DNA of 60,324 nt, counting the filler. It is 3 parts of 3 records of this genome, joined end to end, with 100 filler letters (N's around TTAATTAATTAA, not from the genome) between each part and the next. Parts side by side here need not be neighbours in the genome. Positions count along the whole stretch, not along the records: positions 1 to 28,519 come from DRR378314_198; 2 more parts are not named here. One strand, 5' to 3'. The notes below the pieces were generated by a model, which worked only from the letters and a program-made list of their open reading frames with translations, did no database searches and had not been told where the DNA came from. Shown piece by piece: positions 1-12,200 of the stretch. A program made the position numbers and the translations under genes. How positions within the stretch are numbered: position 1 is the stretch's first letter; each line of letters opens with the position of its first letter.

Positions 1-28
1 GCCGCCGCCGCCGCCGCCGCCGCCGCCG
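1..28. repeat. (GCC)n trinucleotide microsatellite
   Basis: About 9 consecutive gcc units at the window start. Confidence 0.9.
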
Positions 29-149
29 TTGACGGTGACGTGTCGCCACCGCCCGCCATCTGGTGGTGAAGCATGCCAGAAAGCCGCGATTGACGTTCCG
101 CAGAGGGCGGGACAAGGACCGATGTAATCATTCGCTGCGAAGTGCTTGG

Positions 150-1605
150 CGCGTCGAACAGCGATGGGCGAAGATTCAGACGCCCCGACGCGCGGCGGCT
201 ATCGCGGAGCGAGCTGCTCTCCAGCACTGACGGGGTGTATCGAGTTCGCCGCTGGCGCCGACGGTTCCGCTGCATGCATTCCTGCTCCGCGAGCGACAAC
301 CAAGAGATCGGAAATTCGCCAACATATCAGCACAAACGAGGACATGTACCATGCTCAGGCGCAGTGGCAAGCTCCTGGAATAGGCCGCTGGTCCGCGGCA
401 GCGGCACCATTATCGTGCCACACTTCGCGCGCTGCGCAGAAGCCGCTTGCCAACATACCGTAACGAGGTAGTGGAACATGCGCTTCGTGAACGCGTCTGT
501 CGGATCGAAATTCAAGGCGAAATCCTCAAACGTATACGAACCAGAGCCCTGCAATAAGAAATTACACGCCCTTCATGAGATATACAGCAACAATGAAGGG
601 TCTGGCGCGGCAGGACGCAGCGCACTGTCGCAGCGCACCCGTGCGACAAGCAACAGCCGGGAGCAGGCCATGGTGCTGGCGCCGGGGAGGACCTGCCTCA
701 GCGCGCAACGCGCTGCAACACCAGAAGCCTACAAACTCCGCGCCCGCGCCGAACACAGAATCTCGCCTGTCCGCAATAAAATGCACTAAGCATGATCTAT
801 TGAAAATCTTGGGTCTCTGATACTTTAAAAGAAAATAGAGGTCCAGGCGCCTGCACGCGCGCGCGCCCTTGAAGTGTAGAGCGTCCAAGTTTGGTGACAG
901 CCAGCGACGGCGTGCCCCGTGGCGCAGCGCAATTGGGGACAAGCGCAGCACTGCGAAAGGCACGCTGCTCGCGCAGAAACGGCTGCGGTCCACGCAGTTC
1001 CCCCGCCGCTACAACTGCGCACAACCCTCCTCTTTCCCTCTATGTAGCGCATGGGGCACGATGACAACGGTTCAGACACGCAAATGGAAAGCATTCTCCG
1101 CCTCCGCAGCGCTGGCAAGTGGCACGCGATCGTGGCACGCCCCCGTCGCAATCGGACGCTGAGCCTGCAACTCAGCCGCGTCGCAGCAGATACGCAAAGA
1201 GCGAATACCGCCACACGGCAGCGGCACGACACGCGCACGGTCCCCGCCCGCCGCGCGCCGCAACAAATACGGCCGAGCATGCCCACAATGCAACCTTCTG
1301 CGAAAAATTGTTATGTTGGCACGTACATCATCTTTCTCGATGCGCTTGGAAACTTCCTCAAACACTTCCTCAATGCGCTCGATCAGAAGACGCTGCGGGT
1401 CGGCCTCGGCAAGCTTCCCCATGACCGCGCGGGTGCGGAGTCCTCGCCCAGTGCCCGTCGCAGCGGAAGACACCTCGCCTGCGCTGCTGCGGCGGTCGGA
1501 CGCGAACGGCGAAGCGCTGCTACTGAAGGAAGTTTGCATTGTAGGGTGAGGGGAGAACCGTTGCCGCCCGATCGAATCCATGGTCAACCCACACTGTTGT
1601 TCCAC
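150..1605 (-). CDS. Probable multi-exon gene, product unknown; both ends uncertain
   Basis: Open segments bounded by splice signals matching the other genes on this contig: ...LLIERIEEVFEEVSKRIEKDD|gtacgt (~1327) and cag|GSGSYTFEDFALNFDPTDAFTKRMFHYLVT|gtatgt (~459-550). No family recognised. Confidence 0.4.
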
Positions 1606-3675
1606 AAGCGCAACCAGGGTGTCCGTCTATTTGAAGCTAGGGCTACGGAAACTGTACACACCACTTACAATTAGAGACGATTGTTTACATTTGTTATCCG
1701 CGTCAATAGAAATTGAATTTCTTTGAGGACCCAGCGGTGTAGGGCTACTGGCATTCTGCGCCCTAACATCACATTAATAGATTCCTTACCATGTAAATTC
1801 CAGTATGCCAAACAGAATTTAATCACAGTAAATTAGGGTCCTGGCTTCTGCTTTCAATGCATTCCAGCAGCAGCAGCAACCGCCAGCGGTGAACGGCTTT
1901 GAAGCGGCGCGCGTGGAACGTCGCCTGGCGCACGAACTTTCGCGGGAAGCATTGCCCGATTGCCTTGTCGCTGCGGGACTGGCCTGCACGCGCAAGCTGT
2001 TCTTTGCGAGCCAACTGAAGAAAGAAAGCGTGTGTCATTGCCACATACGCGCCTTGGGAGGTGCGGGAAGTGCAGGAAACCACCAGAGCGGTCAACAATA
2101 AACATGCCGGCAGCAGGTAGACGGGTAAGTTGGCGGCGGGAATCAAACGTCAGGGCACCTGGACTGCAAGCTCTGATTGCTTCCGAGCTGTGCGGAAGTT
2201 GATCGAGTCGGCGGCTTCTGTCGCCTTCCCTGGGGAGCACGTCAATGCGTGAGTATTTCGCTGTATCAAAGTATCGTATCTTCTCGTAGGCTGACGAAGG
2301 CTGCGGCACTGTTGGATGGGTTGAGCAGGAACGCGTGCGCACAAGTGCGCGCACCTGGCATACGACTCGCTCGTTGGTTGTCCGTCGCGGCGCGCACCGC
2401 TCGAGCGCCTTCATTGCGAGCGGTGCGCGCGAACCGCGCCAGTCAGCGTCCTCTCGTCGCCATCCACAGTTATTTTTCCGAGCGTGACTTCCGCACATAT
2501 TTATCTGTGAGAACACAGCTCTACGCTAGCTTTGCATCGGCTATGTGGGGATTCTATTCGCGAAATATGGCGGGAGCGATGCACAATAGTGTCGCCTGGC
2601 CGCTTTGTACTGTTTGGCGCGTTGCCGGCCTCGACTCCTGCTCGTTCGCTGCCTACGACACGGCGCACTGCAGCGCCGCCCGAGGTCGCTTGCTGCTCGC
2701 AGCACAAGCGGCACGAGCGCCTGCCCGCGATTTTTTTGGATTGCATTGGTGAGAGATATGTATCGGACTCTATTCACGGGGAGGAATAGTAGCTGTGGAT
2801 ACCGCAGGAACGCTGAATTCGGGGGAAAAATATCGGACGCTGGCTCCAGCCTTGGAGTGCAGTCGGCCGGCCATGAGGCTGTTGCGCGCATCGCGGGAAC
2901 GTCTTCCCGCGCCGCCCGGACGCTGCCAGTAGCGCGCTTATGAGCGAAGTTCCGGCGGCGTTGCTTGAGCATTCGCGACGTTGTTCCTCCTGCCCACCCC
3001 CTCCCCGCTACCGAGCCGGGCGTGCACATGTATCACGGCGCACATGCGTTGATGTGATCCCGCTGAGCTTTTGCGCGCGTAGAGAGCGAGGGGTTTTCGC
3101 GGCCGAGCCGCTACTGCACGGTTTGCGGTTCTTGGCAGGGTTCGGTTTTCGCGGGTTGCTGCCCGCGCGCCTGGAACAGCTTTGTCGGGCCCGGCGAGCG
3201 GCAGGCGGTGCCATGCAGCTGCCGTGGAGCAGGGATGCTTCTCTTCCGCACGATTCCCGTTGATTCATACGAGCCATTGCAACTGTGTTCATTTTGGATG
3301 CGTTTTGTGTACCGTTTCCTTTGCGGAATGATGAGCAGGGCGAGCCCCGTGGCCAGCAGGTGCTTGCAACTCCTCCGGTACGTGGTTCTCGGTTTTCGCC
3401 AAGCGAACGGCTCGGGTCTACAGCAGCACGCTGCGTTTGACGCCGTGATACTGGAAGTTGTAGCGCACTCGCAAGCATCTGTTGTTGCACTTAATTGTAT
3501 ATACCGACCCATCTTTGTACAGTTGTTTGCAACGCTGCGGGACGAAAGGAAAACAATCCCGCCGAGCGCTCGGGTTGCGCTTCCGCTTGTCTGACCGGCG
3601 CTCTTTCCTTTTGCGCTTACACGCTTGCCGGGAGCGTAGAGGAGGGCAGGTCGACGCGCGGGGAATACGGTCGCG

Positions 3676-6600
3676 ATGCCTTCCGGCTCGCCTACGCAGG
3701 AAAAGCTCGATGCCTATGGGGAAGAAGTCGCGAAGCGCCAGGCACAAGCAACGACAAATAACAGTCCCGGAAGTGCCGCAGCTGTACGTGTGTGAGAGGG
3801 CTTACCACAGAAAGACGCGTTGCACGTGCTGTTGCGCCGTTTCTGGCGGAGAATGCGCTCGCCGTCGGCGCCGCGTTCTCGTCTGTTGTGCCCTCGTGCA
3901 TCCGCCTTGGATTATTCTCTTCGTTTACACGCCGGTACTCGCTTCTTTCGCCGTACTGTGACATAAGCAGATGTCGCGGAGCTCTCAAGATCCTGAATTT
4001 CCTCCTGGGAATCCGCTCTTTTGGCTCTCCGCGATAACAACGTTTCTGGAGCCAGAACCGATTACGCCGACGGGAAGTAACGTGTCAAATCTCGACAGGT
4101 GCGCAGCAGGTGGACCTTGCGCGCAGTGACCACAGCAGTCCAATGACAGCGTATTGCGCAACCCTGGATGGAAACGATGATAATATGAAGTATCATTGTA
4201 CTGAGCTCCTTCTTCGCTATCCGCGCGCGGTGTGTGTATATTTTGTGTGCGCGTTGCTCTAGGAGAGGGAAACGGCATCGCAAAGAAGCAAGCGGCACTG
4301 CTGGCGCGCGCTCGTCGAAGCGGGAGGGCGGCTCGCGCTCGAGTTCGCGTTCTCGATCACGATCGCGCGACCCTGGCTACTCGCGGAAAGAAAAATCTCT
4401 GGGGCGACTTTGTGAAAAGTACGACAAGGATATTTCCTGAAGGGTTTCTAGCGACCTCCGCGAGCATTCCATTCTTCCGCATACGCGCTGCACCACCCTA
4501 CCGAACAAATACTCATTTGCTGCCTGAAGCCGTGTTTCCCGCGCATACCCTCCGCTAACTACCTTGTCATCTGTTTCTCTCTTACCTACCACCCGGTGGG
4601 ACGCTTCAGTTTCCTGAAGCGCTATAATTCACCGTCGACAAAGACCGTGAGTCTCGACAAGGCAGCTGTGGAACTCGGTGCGTTCTGCGCAGTGCAACTG
4701 TAATCCAAGCTGCCCCTGAGTGCCGAGCACTTGACTGCGGCAGGCGCGTGGCCAGCTGCAAACTCCTCTCACGCGGATCCTCACTATTTTCAGCGGGGAA
4801 CGCCCTTGCTCTCCTGCACAGGTGTGGAGCGTCGCCGCATCTACGACATTGTCAACGTGTTCGAGTCGCTAGGCATTGTCGAGGTTCGTTTGTTTGTTTT
4901 TTTTGCTTTGCGTACAGCAAGCCCAGGATCGCCCGCTTTCTTCTGTGGCATATGCCGCTGGCGGAAACTGGCCTCCTTTCTATTCGCCTTACTAACCCTT
5001 GTGCAAAACCTTGGCATTCGACAACTTTGCAGAGACTAGCAAAGAACAGCTACGTGTGGCTTGGGCTGCAGCGCATGCACGTAGCCGTCGAAGATTTGCA
5101 GCGGAATGGCGTTACAGGTATGCAGGACCTGCCACGACGCACTTTTTTTTTCTGCGCGCGTTCAGCGCTTTACAAACAGCATGCACTGACAAGTAACACG
5201 AGAATAAACCCTGTACAAGGGCTGTGCGCAAGGCAACGATGTGCAAACGCGACATTCTGACCGGTTTTTTCCTTCCTGCTCACTCGCTGCGCTTTCCTGC
5301 AGACGATCCTTCCATGAGCGGCACACAGCGGAAAGCAAAGTCACTGGGGCTTCTGACGCAGCACTTTTTGCTTCTGTTCCTCGCGGAGACGGAGGAGATA
5401 ATTCCACTGGAGGATGCTGCCAAGGTTCGACTCGCGAACACGGCCGCTGTTCTCCGCCGTGGCCAGCGATGCCCTTTCCCGTGTTGCGAGTGGATCCCCG
5501 CAGTCCCTAACGGTGTGTCAGCGATGCCTGTCTCGATGCAGACGCTTTTGGGGGAAGAAGCCTCGGATCCTGGCAAGCTGAAGACCAAGGTACTTTCGTG
5601 CAACTTGCTACGTTTGCACGGGCGAAGAGCGAAGAACTCTTACTAGATCTCCGCTATTCCCGGGCCACACAACAGCACACCTACCCGCATCCGATACCAT
5701 GGCCAATCATTGTGCAGTATCTCCGTCGCTAAGAATTGGAAAATTATGGTCTACCAATGCTGTTGATGCGATTCTTAGGTCCGCCGTTTGTATGATATTG
5801 CAAATATCCTCGCGAGTCTCGGCCTGATCTCCAAGACTTCCGTCATCGACGGCGACGTGCGGTACGTACTACCTCGAGTGCTCGCGGACCAAGTAGGACA
5901 AGTGTTACGTATTGCTGCGGTATCGCTCTCCCGCACCTCACGGAAAGACGGCATGCATGCGATATTGCCTTACGCGAATTCTCATATGTGCCTACGGGGT
6001 GATGTGTTGGACATGGGAAATTGGTGGGGGTTTTTTTTTGTATACAATGTAGGAAACCTGCGTTTGTATGGAGTTTTCGGGAGCGGAACAAGAGCGGCGT
6101 GAAGCGCGCCGCTGCCGGCGGTGCGGGCTCAGGCTCGGCTGGAGGACGTAGCGCAAAGCGCGCACGGGCTGGAACAAGCGGTCAGCGGTACGATGACAAA
6201 CGGAATTCTTCTTGTGGGCCCAAATATATCCCGCTCCCTTTCGCGAATAGAGGTAGAGGTATTGCTCTGACGCAACACGGAGATCGCTATTGATCGCAGT
6301 TGGTGCATATGCGCAATTCAGTTCCACCTGTCCACTCCGCATTGCTGCGGGTACGTTTGGATGATGCAATGACAATGGGATTCTCTTTTTCTCACTTGCC
6401 GCCTCCTCTTCTCCCTGTTCCTTTGCGTGGTGCAGAGAGCCTATTGGCGATGAAAAAGCGGAGCCGTCTTCGGACGACCGGCCTGCGGAAGAGGCCGCGC
6501 CAACGTCGGCAAGCAGTGCCAGTGTGGCGGCCGCAGTGCCCACTTCGCGTACCGCTCGCAGCACCGCTCGTGCAAATGACCAGGGAAACGCTGAGGGGAC

Positions 6601-7664
6601 GTCACGGAATCCCCGGAGTCTGCCGTGCGCGTCCCGACAAAATCGAGCAAAAGACGTACGTTTGTTGTCCGCGAACCGGGAGCATGCGTGTACTCACGTT
6701 GATGTGGATGGCGAATGCCACGACTGCCTGTGCGGACGTCGCATGCGCCCGTGCCTGCTCGCCGAGAATAACCCATGTGCAACATGTTGCTGTTCTGTAC
6801 GCGTACTGCAAACTTTTCGGTGTAGTCGCCCTCGAGTTCTTCGTCCTTGTCCATGGCTCCACCGCGTCTAGCCCAGCTTCCGCCCCGTATTGACGCGTAC
6901 TCCCAGCACTCTACAAACGACATCGAGCGCGGTATGTTTCGCCAGCGCGTCGCCGCAGCTGCTGCTGCTTCTTTTACCGCTTGCGCGCAGCTCCGTTCCT
7001 TAAAGAGGACATAATAGAGCGCGATCGCTGTGCATTTGTGTACTTTTCCACCGTTGGTACTTTCCCATCCTTACAATGCATGCGGAACCTGCCTGGGCAC
7101 GTAGCAGGAACACGAGCAGTCCTGCGCGCCAGAACCGACGACAGCCACGGCAGGGTACGTATGCTTTCTTCGGCCTACGGGGAACTACCGTGCCACCAAT
7201 AGAGCCCAGGTCCTCTCAGTTGTGTAACGAAGAGTCAAATTGTCTCCACAATAATGATCTATCTTACCGTATGTGCGTCATGCCTTACAACGTGAGCGGA
7301 ACGCGGGCGAGAATACAAGTGCACGCGTGCTAACGCTTGTTTGCGTGTGCGTTTTGTGCGGCTCTCTGTCGGCGATCTCCCCATCCCTTTTGTGCAGCCT
7401 CACCCATTGCTGCAATCCATCCGAGACACGTCCAAGCCTACAATCCAAGCTGGAGGTATGTGCCAGTGCGCAAAGCATTGGATGCGCAACCGCTCCACTC
7501 TCTTGATCGAGAAGAAATGCAGCAGGCGACACGCGAATGTGTCTGCGTGTGCGTGCGCAACCAGTTTCCAACCCACACTTGCCCTGCACTCCTTCTGATC
7601 TATCCGTACTTTCCAGGGTATTAATTTGCTGCCACAGAGCGCAGTCTTCGACACCATATCCTAA
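3676..7664 (+). CDS. Atypical E2F transcription factor with two DNA-binding domains (E2F7/E2F8/DEL type), multi-exon; 3' end approximate
   Basis: GT-AG exons join in phase. DBD1: YSRKEKSLGRLCEK|FLKRY...SLDKAAVELG|VERRRIYDIVNVFESLGIVE|RLAKNSYVWLG. DBD2: RKAKSLGLLTQHFLLLF...LEDAAK|TLLG...KTK|VRRLYDIANILASLGLISK...|RKPAFVW. ATG at 3676 links in phase through exons ending at 3783 and 4098. C-terminal exons after ~6190 are less certain. Confidence 0.9.
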
Positions 7665-8595
7665 TATTCTTGTATTTTTTTACCAAAGTATGCGGGAAAT
7701 GGTCTCTGAAGTTCGGAACAGCGAGTCCGTGTAACGTTGGCTGTCGCCGACTACGGCGGCTGCGCGCGCTCTTCGGGAGCGTGCACGCCGAGCCTGTACA
7801 GTACCTTGCCGCTGCACCTAGTATGTTTGCGGGAACCTACCACACTCCCCTCGCTCTGCACTGCTACACTTACAAATTGGCGTAGACAGTCAGAAGTACG
7901 GATTGTTACATTGGAATGGCAGTGCGCACAATATTCCCCGTAAATGTTCGACGAGAGCCTGAAGGCAGAGGGGAGAACAAATGAATGCGAATGGAGGAAC
8001 CGCCGCCCGCCAGCGCACGTACGAAACCGAGACCTCTAACAACCATGGAAACCCCGCCTCAAGCGAGACCACAAGCCATAGCTCCCCTCCGGACCAAGGT
8101 CTACAGAAAGAAAATCAGAATGACAGAGAGGAAGCAAGAATAATCTCCCAGGCAAACGGACAAACTGCTCTACAATGGAAGAGAGAGGACGTGCCAGACA
8201 CACATGACGCCTGTAAACAGAGGCTGCGAGAAAAACAAACCTCCTCGTTCGCTCCAACGAGCGCTCTCACTAACGAGGCCGGACAAAAACTTGCAGAAAT
8301 TGCGCAGCCGCAAACAACGTCCGGAGATCGCAATCCTCTTCTATAGCAAGGTTGGTAAAATCGATTCACGTAAAGACCTCCACTTCCTGTGCCTTGCTCC
8401 AAGGTATGGCAAATCGGGCAAAGGGCGCCTCGACCAGCTAAAGACGGCAACTCTGCGACGGCGCGCGCGAAGCGGGAGGGCCTGGCAAAGCAACCTGATC
8501 CAGAGTAAGGCCAGAGGTATCGGAGAGCCAATTACAGAAATTTATGTGTATATATACAATAATTTTCCACAAAGCTTCAGCTCAGGAGAGCATCG

Positions 8596-8668
8596 GGTTC
8601 CTTGGCTCAGCTGGTAGAGCGTCGGATTCTGATTCCGAAGGTCGGCGGTTCGAGCCCGTCAGGGACCT
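8596..8668 (+). tRNA. tRNA-Gln(CTG)
   Basis: Cloverleaf: acceptor GGTTCCT/AGGGACC, D stem GCTC/GAGC, anticodon stem TCGGA/TCCGA with loop TTCTGAT (CTG at 8629-8631), T arm GGCGG-TTCGAGC-CCGTC, discriminator T, no encoded CCA. Followed by an oligo-T Pol III terminator. Confidence 0.93.
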
Positions 8669-9253
8669 CTTTTTTTGCGTTTATAACACATAAACCCTAC
8701 TGAACCGATTGTAACGAAATGTCGAGGCTGATCCACCTGAGAGATCACCAAGACGACGGGACTTCCCATCCGCGCCGCCCGTGCATGGGCAGCTCATTTT
8801 CATTTGCGTCTTTGAGGGTTAGGCATATATATTTTATTCGTTGTTGAAGGCCCTTTGCGTTACAGGACAACCGCTGATGAGTATGGCGGGGGGGGGGGCA
8901 CGGAAGTGTGCGAAAGAATTGCAAAGGCTGCTGCTGGTACGCGGCTGCGTCTCGCTGCTGCACTGTTATCCACTGCCGCCGCGAGCGCGAACGTGCATCG
9001 CGTAGCCTTTCGTCGAGCATTAGAAACCCGCCTCTCCAGGAGCATCTGGGATGCAACAGAGTCTGTACGGCCAACATGAACATGTCTTTGTTGTTGTTGT
9101 TGTTTTCCTTTTGCACTCCCCAGCAATGCGTCATGTTATTCACTGCCTGACGGAGCAGGTGCAAACGCAGGAAACCCAGAACTCGCCAGCTAGGGGTGCG
9201 GCGGCAACGAAACGCAGATTGTAGCTCTCGCACAACACGACATAGACGCACTG

Positions 9254-12200
9254 CTACAGCCCGCGCAATAGCCCGATCAGTTCCATCAGCCGCTCGGTTT
9301 CCTCTTCCAGTACATCTGTCCGTCGTCGCAACCGCGTCAGTGTCATTATCTGCGCGTTGCTGTACTCAAATTTGCGCAGAACAGAAAGAAGATAGACGGA
9401 AGGGCATTCAGAGCGGAGCGCTCCGGCGAGGACAGTCCGGAAGAGACAGCTGAGCAACGGCGCAGGCAGGGCAACCAAGGGAGGCGACACACGCGCATCT
9501 CCTTCGGGGGAGAAACATGCGCACCTGAAATCTTCTGCCTCGCTGTCGAGCGCCTTGGCAGCCAAAATGGCAGAGCCATATTTCGGATTCAGAGATTCGG
9601 GATCGTGGTCACCGGATATGGTTTCTTGCACCTTGACATTGCGTTGCACACAGCACATGTACAATTAGTCCCACGTGATAGATCGCGCGCAAATTGTGAA
9701 ACCACGGGAATGTCCCCGCTGGAAGACAAAATCACTTCTTCTTTATTTTTTGCGCCCGCGCAAGGTTTTTCGCTGACGAAGTGAGACGCACCTGGGCAAC
9801 TTCCGCTCGAATACGATGCCGGAGGTTGAACAAGGCCTGATACACCCATTCCACGTGTTCCTGCAATGCGCGGAAACAACGTAAACGAGTAGCGGCGCCT
9901 CAGAGAACTCAGCGAGTGTGCAAAGTAGCAACTGCATGACTAACCCGCGCATCTGAAAACCAATCTATTGCCAAGCTCAGCGCGCCCGCTGCAGTAGCAG
10001 TAAACGAACCATTCGCACGCGGTCTTCATCGGCGGACCAGTAGTACAGGCACTTGTTTGCGACGCGTTCGGGACCTTTGGGGATCTCGTGCATTTCAACC
10101 ACTCGCGCAGCAAGCATCTGGAACGAGACCGCACGAGAACCCGTACACCAAGGTTCACCCGCGAAGACATGGAATTGCCCAGCGAGCGTGAATGTCAGCG
10201 CCGCGCTTTTCGTAGTGCAGAAGCGCCGGTGCGGCGGAAAGGGGAAAACCCGCGCGCCTTTACAGCGCCTACAGCTGACCGCGCTTGACCGTTGAGCAGC
10301 GCTTTGCTTTCCGGCCGCCTCGGAACCCTCGCGACACACGTGCGCTATACCGCTGCAAACCGCACCGAGAACGATTTTTTCCCCTGCTGTTTCGTCCAAT
10401 TCCCATTCCTACATGTTTCTTGCGCGTACCAGCCAACCCGCAGCGGCATATACGCGAAATGCACGGCGCACAATGCGCAAATGGAGCGCTCGTCGCACCT
10501 TGTACAGGAGCTCCCTGACTTTCTTGACAGGCGCCATAGCGCGATCGTGGATCATCCGCTGATCGAGCTTCTGGCCCTCGGTCAGGAGCCGGAAGATGCG
10601 CACACCAATCGCTCCAAATCTGTGCACAGAAGACAAATGCACGTTGGGATCGGCCGGGGGTTCCGTTATGGAGCGCTCGGCGCTCATCGCAACCACCGCA
10701 CGGCCGACGACCAACGCGCGCCGAGCACAAACGCGCGCGGTTCAAGAATCGTCACCACATACAGGGCGCAATAGTATACAACTACCGACAAACCACATGG
10801 ACTTGGTAATACTTCATCATTGCCTCGGGAAGACCGAGAACAGTTGAAAATACAAACGCTTGTCTCCACTACGTTGCTAAACGGAGACTACACCAAGAGA
10901 CAATCAACCAAACGAGCAAGCAAGCAAAACAGCAAACATGCGGCGTGTAGAGCATAGACAGACAAGAAGACTGTCATGCGCCACATACTATACAATTTTG
11001 AGAACCGAGAGCACTGGTACTTTGTTGTTTAGCAGGAACTAAGCGCTGAATATGGCCAAAACTGCTGAACGCCAGGAATGATCGCACGCATTGGGTTTCA
11101 CGGGCAAGAAGGCGAGGGCACTACCAAGCGTAACGCACAACCACCTATCGATACATTCCCCCACGCGTGTGAGGACATGGACCGGCATAACGCACCGACG
11201 GCGAATCGTAGTGTGTGCGACAGCGTCGCGAGCAGCTCGCAGAAGCACTTCCTTCGCCACAGAGAACTTGAAGCGCGCCTTGCCCGTCTGTCCTGCGTGC
11301 TTGAGCACCGCGCACTGCTTCGTTCCATCAAGAGCCGCATGTAGCAGCTTCTCCAAAATCGGCGCTGCACAGGAGTGGAAGTTCCACATTGAACAAGGAC
11401 AACGAAGAGAAGATGTGATGAGAACGTTGAGCACGTTTGTGCGCAAGAGGGATCCGCGATCTTACAGCAGAGAAACTCCAATATCTCCTTTTAATGCACA
11501 CCACCTTTCTTTCCCTGGCAACCGGTTCGCCATTACCATACTCGCGTTGTAGCCCAGTAGACCAAGCTCCGTTCAAGCGATGCAAGCGACGACGGTATTC
11601 TCACTATGGTGGTGTTACGCGCCATGAGCAAACGCGAGTTTGACGGGAGTGGATAAACTGGACGCGCTCAAACGCGTCTCGATTTGAACTCACAACAGGA
11701 TTGCACCCTCACACAGAAACCGAACGCCCATTGGCCGCTAAACAATAGAACCAGTTGAGTTCCGCACGCCTTATCTCTCATAGAAAACAACGGTCCTTCC
11801 CATCGGATGAATACAACATTTTCTCAACGTACTTACGATCGAAGCTTGAAGCCCAGTTTTCGCTGCAATCTCCATGATCGTCATAGGCGTAACTTCTGTG
11901 CCACATAGCCGATCATTTTCCAGCATTGCGCGAACAACGAGCGCATACTCTACATGAATTCCATACATATTCCGCCGTACATGATACATGTTCGCACAGT
12001 TAGAAAGATTCGTGTATTGGCAGAGGTCTGGCGAGACGAAAAACGAGAGAGCACTGATTATGGGCGCACTGACCGCTGCGAGACACATCGTGTCAAAATA
12101 CCTATCAGCAATTCGCCAGATTTCTGGCGCGGAGACAAAAGGTGCTCGTCAAAGTACGCATGACATAATGCAAACGATAGTGTGCCACAGTGCGTAGCGT

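Noticed and set aside
2540-3160. E2F-like sites (TTTCGCG, GGCGGGA) upstream of the E2F gene
   Set aside because: Short CG-rich motifs are expected by chance at this GC content, and the TSS is unknown.
1823-3512. Possible additional minus-strand spliced gene
   Set aside because: Some open stretches and splice-like sites exist, but I could not build a consistent in-phase model or recognise a family.
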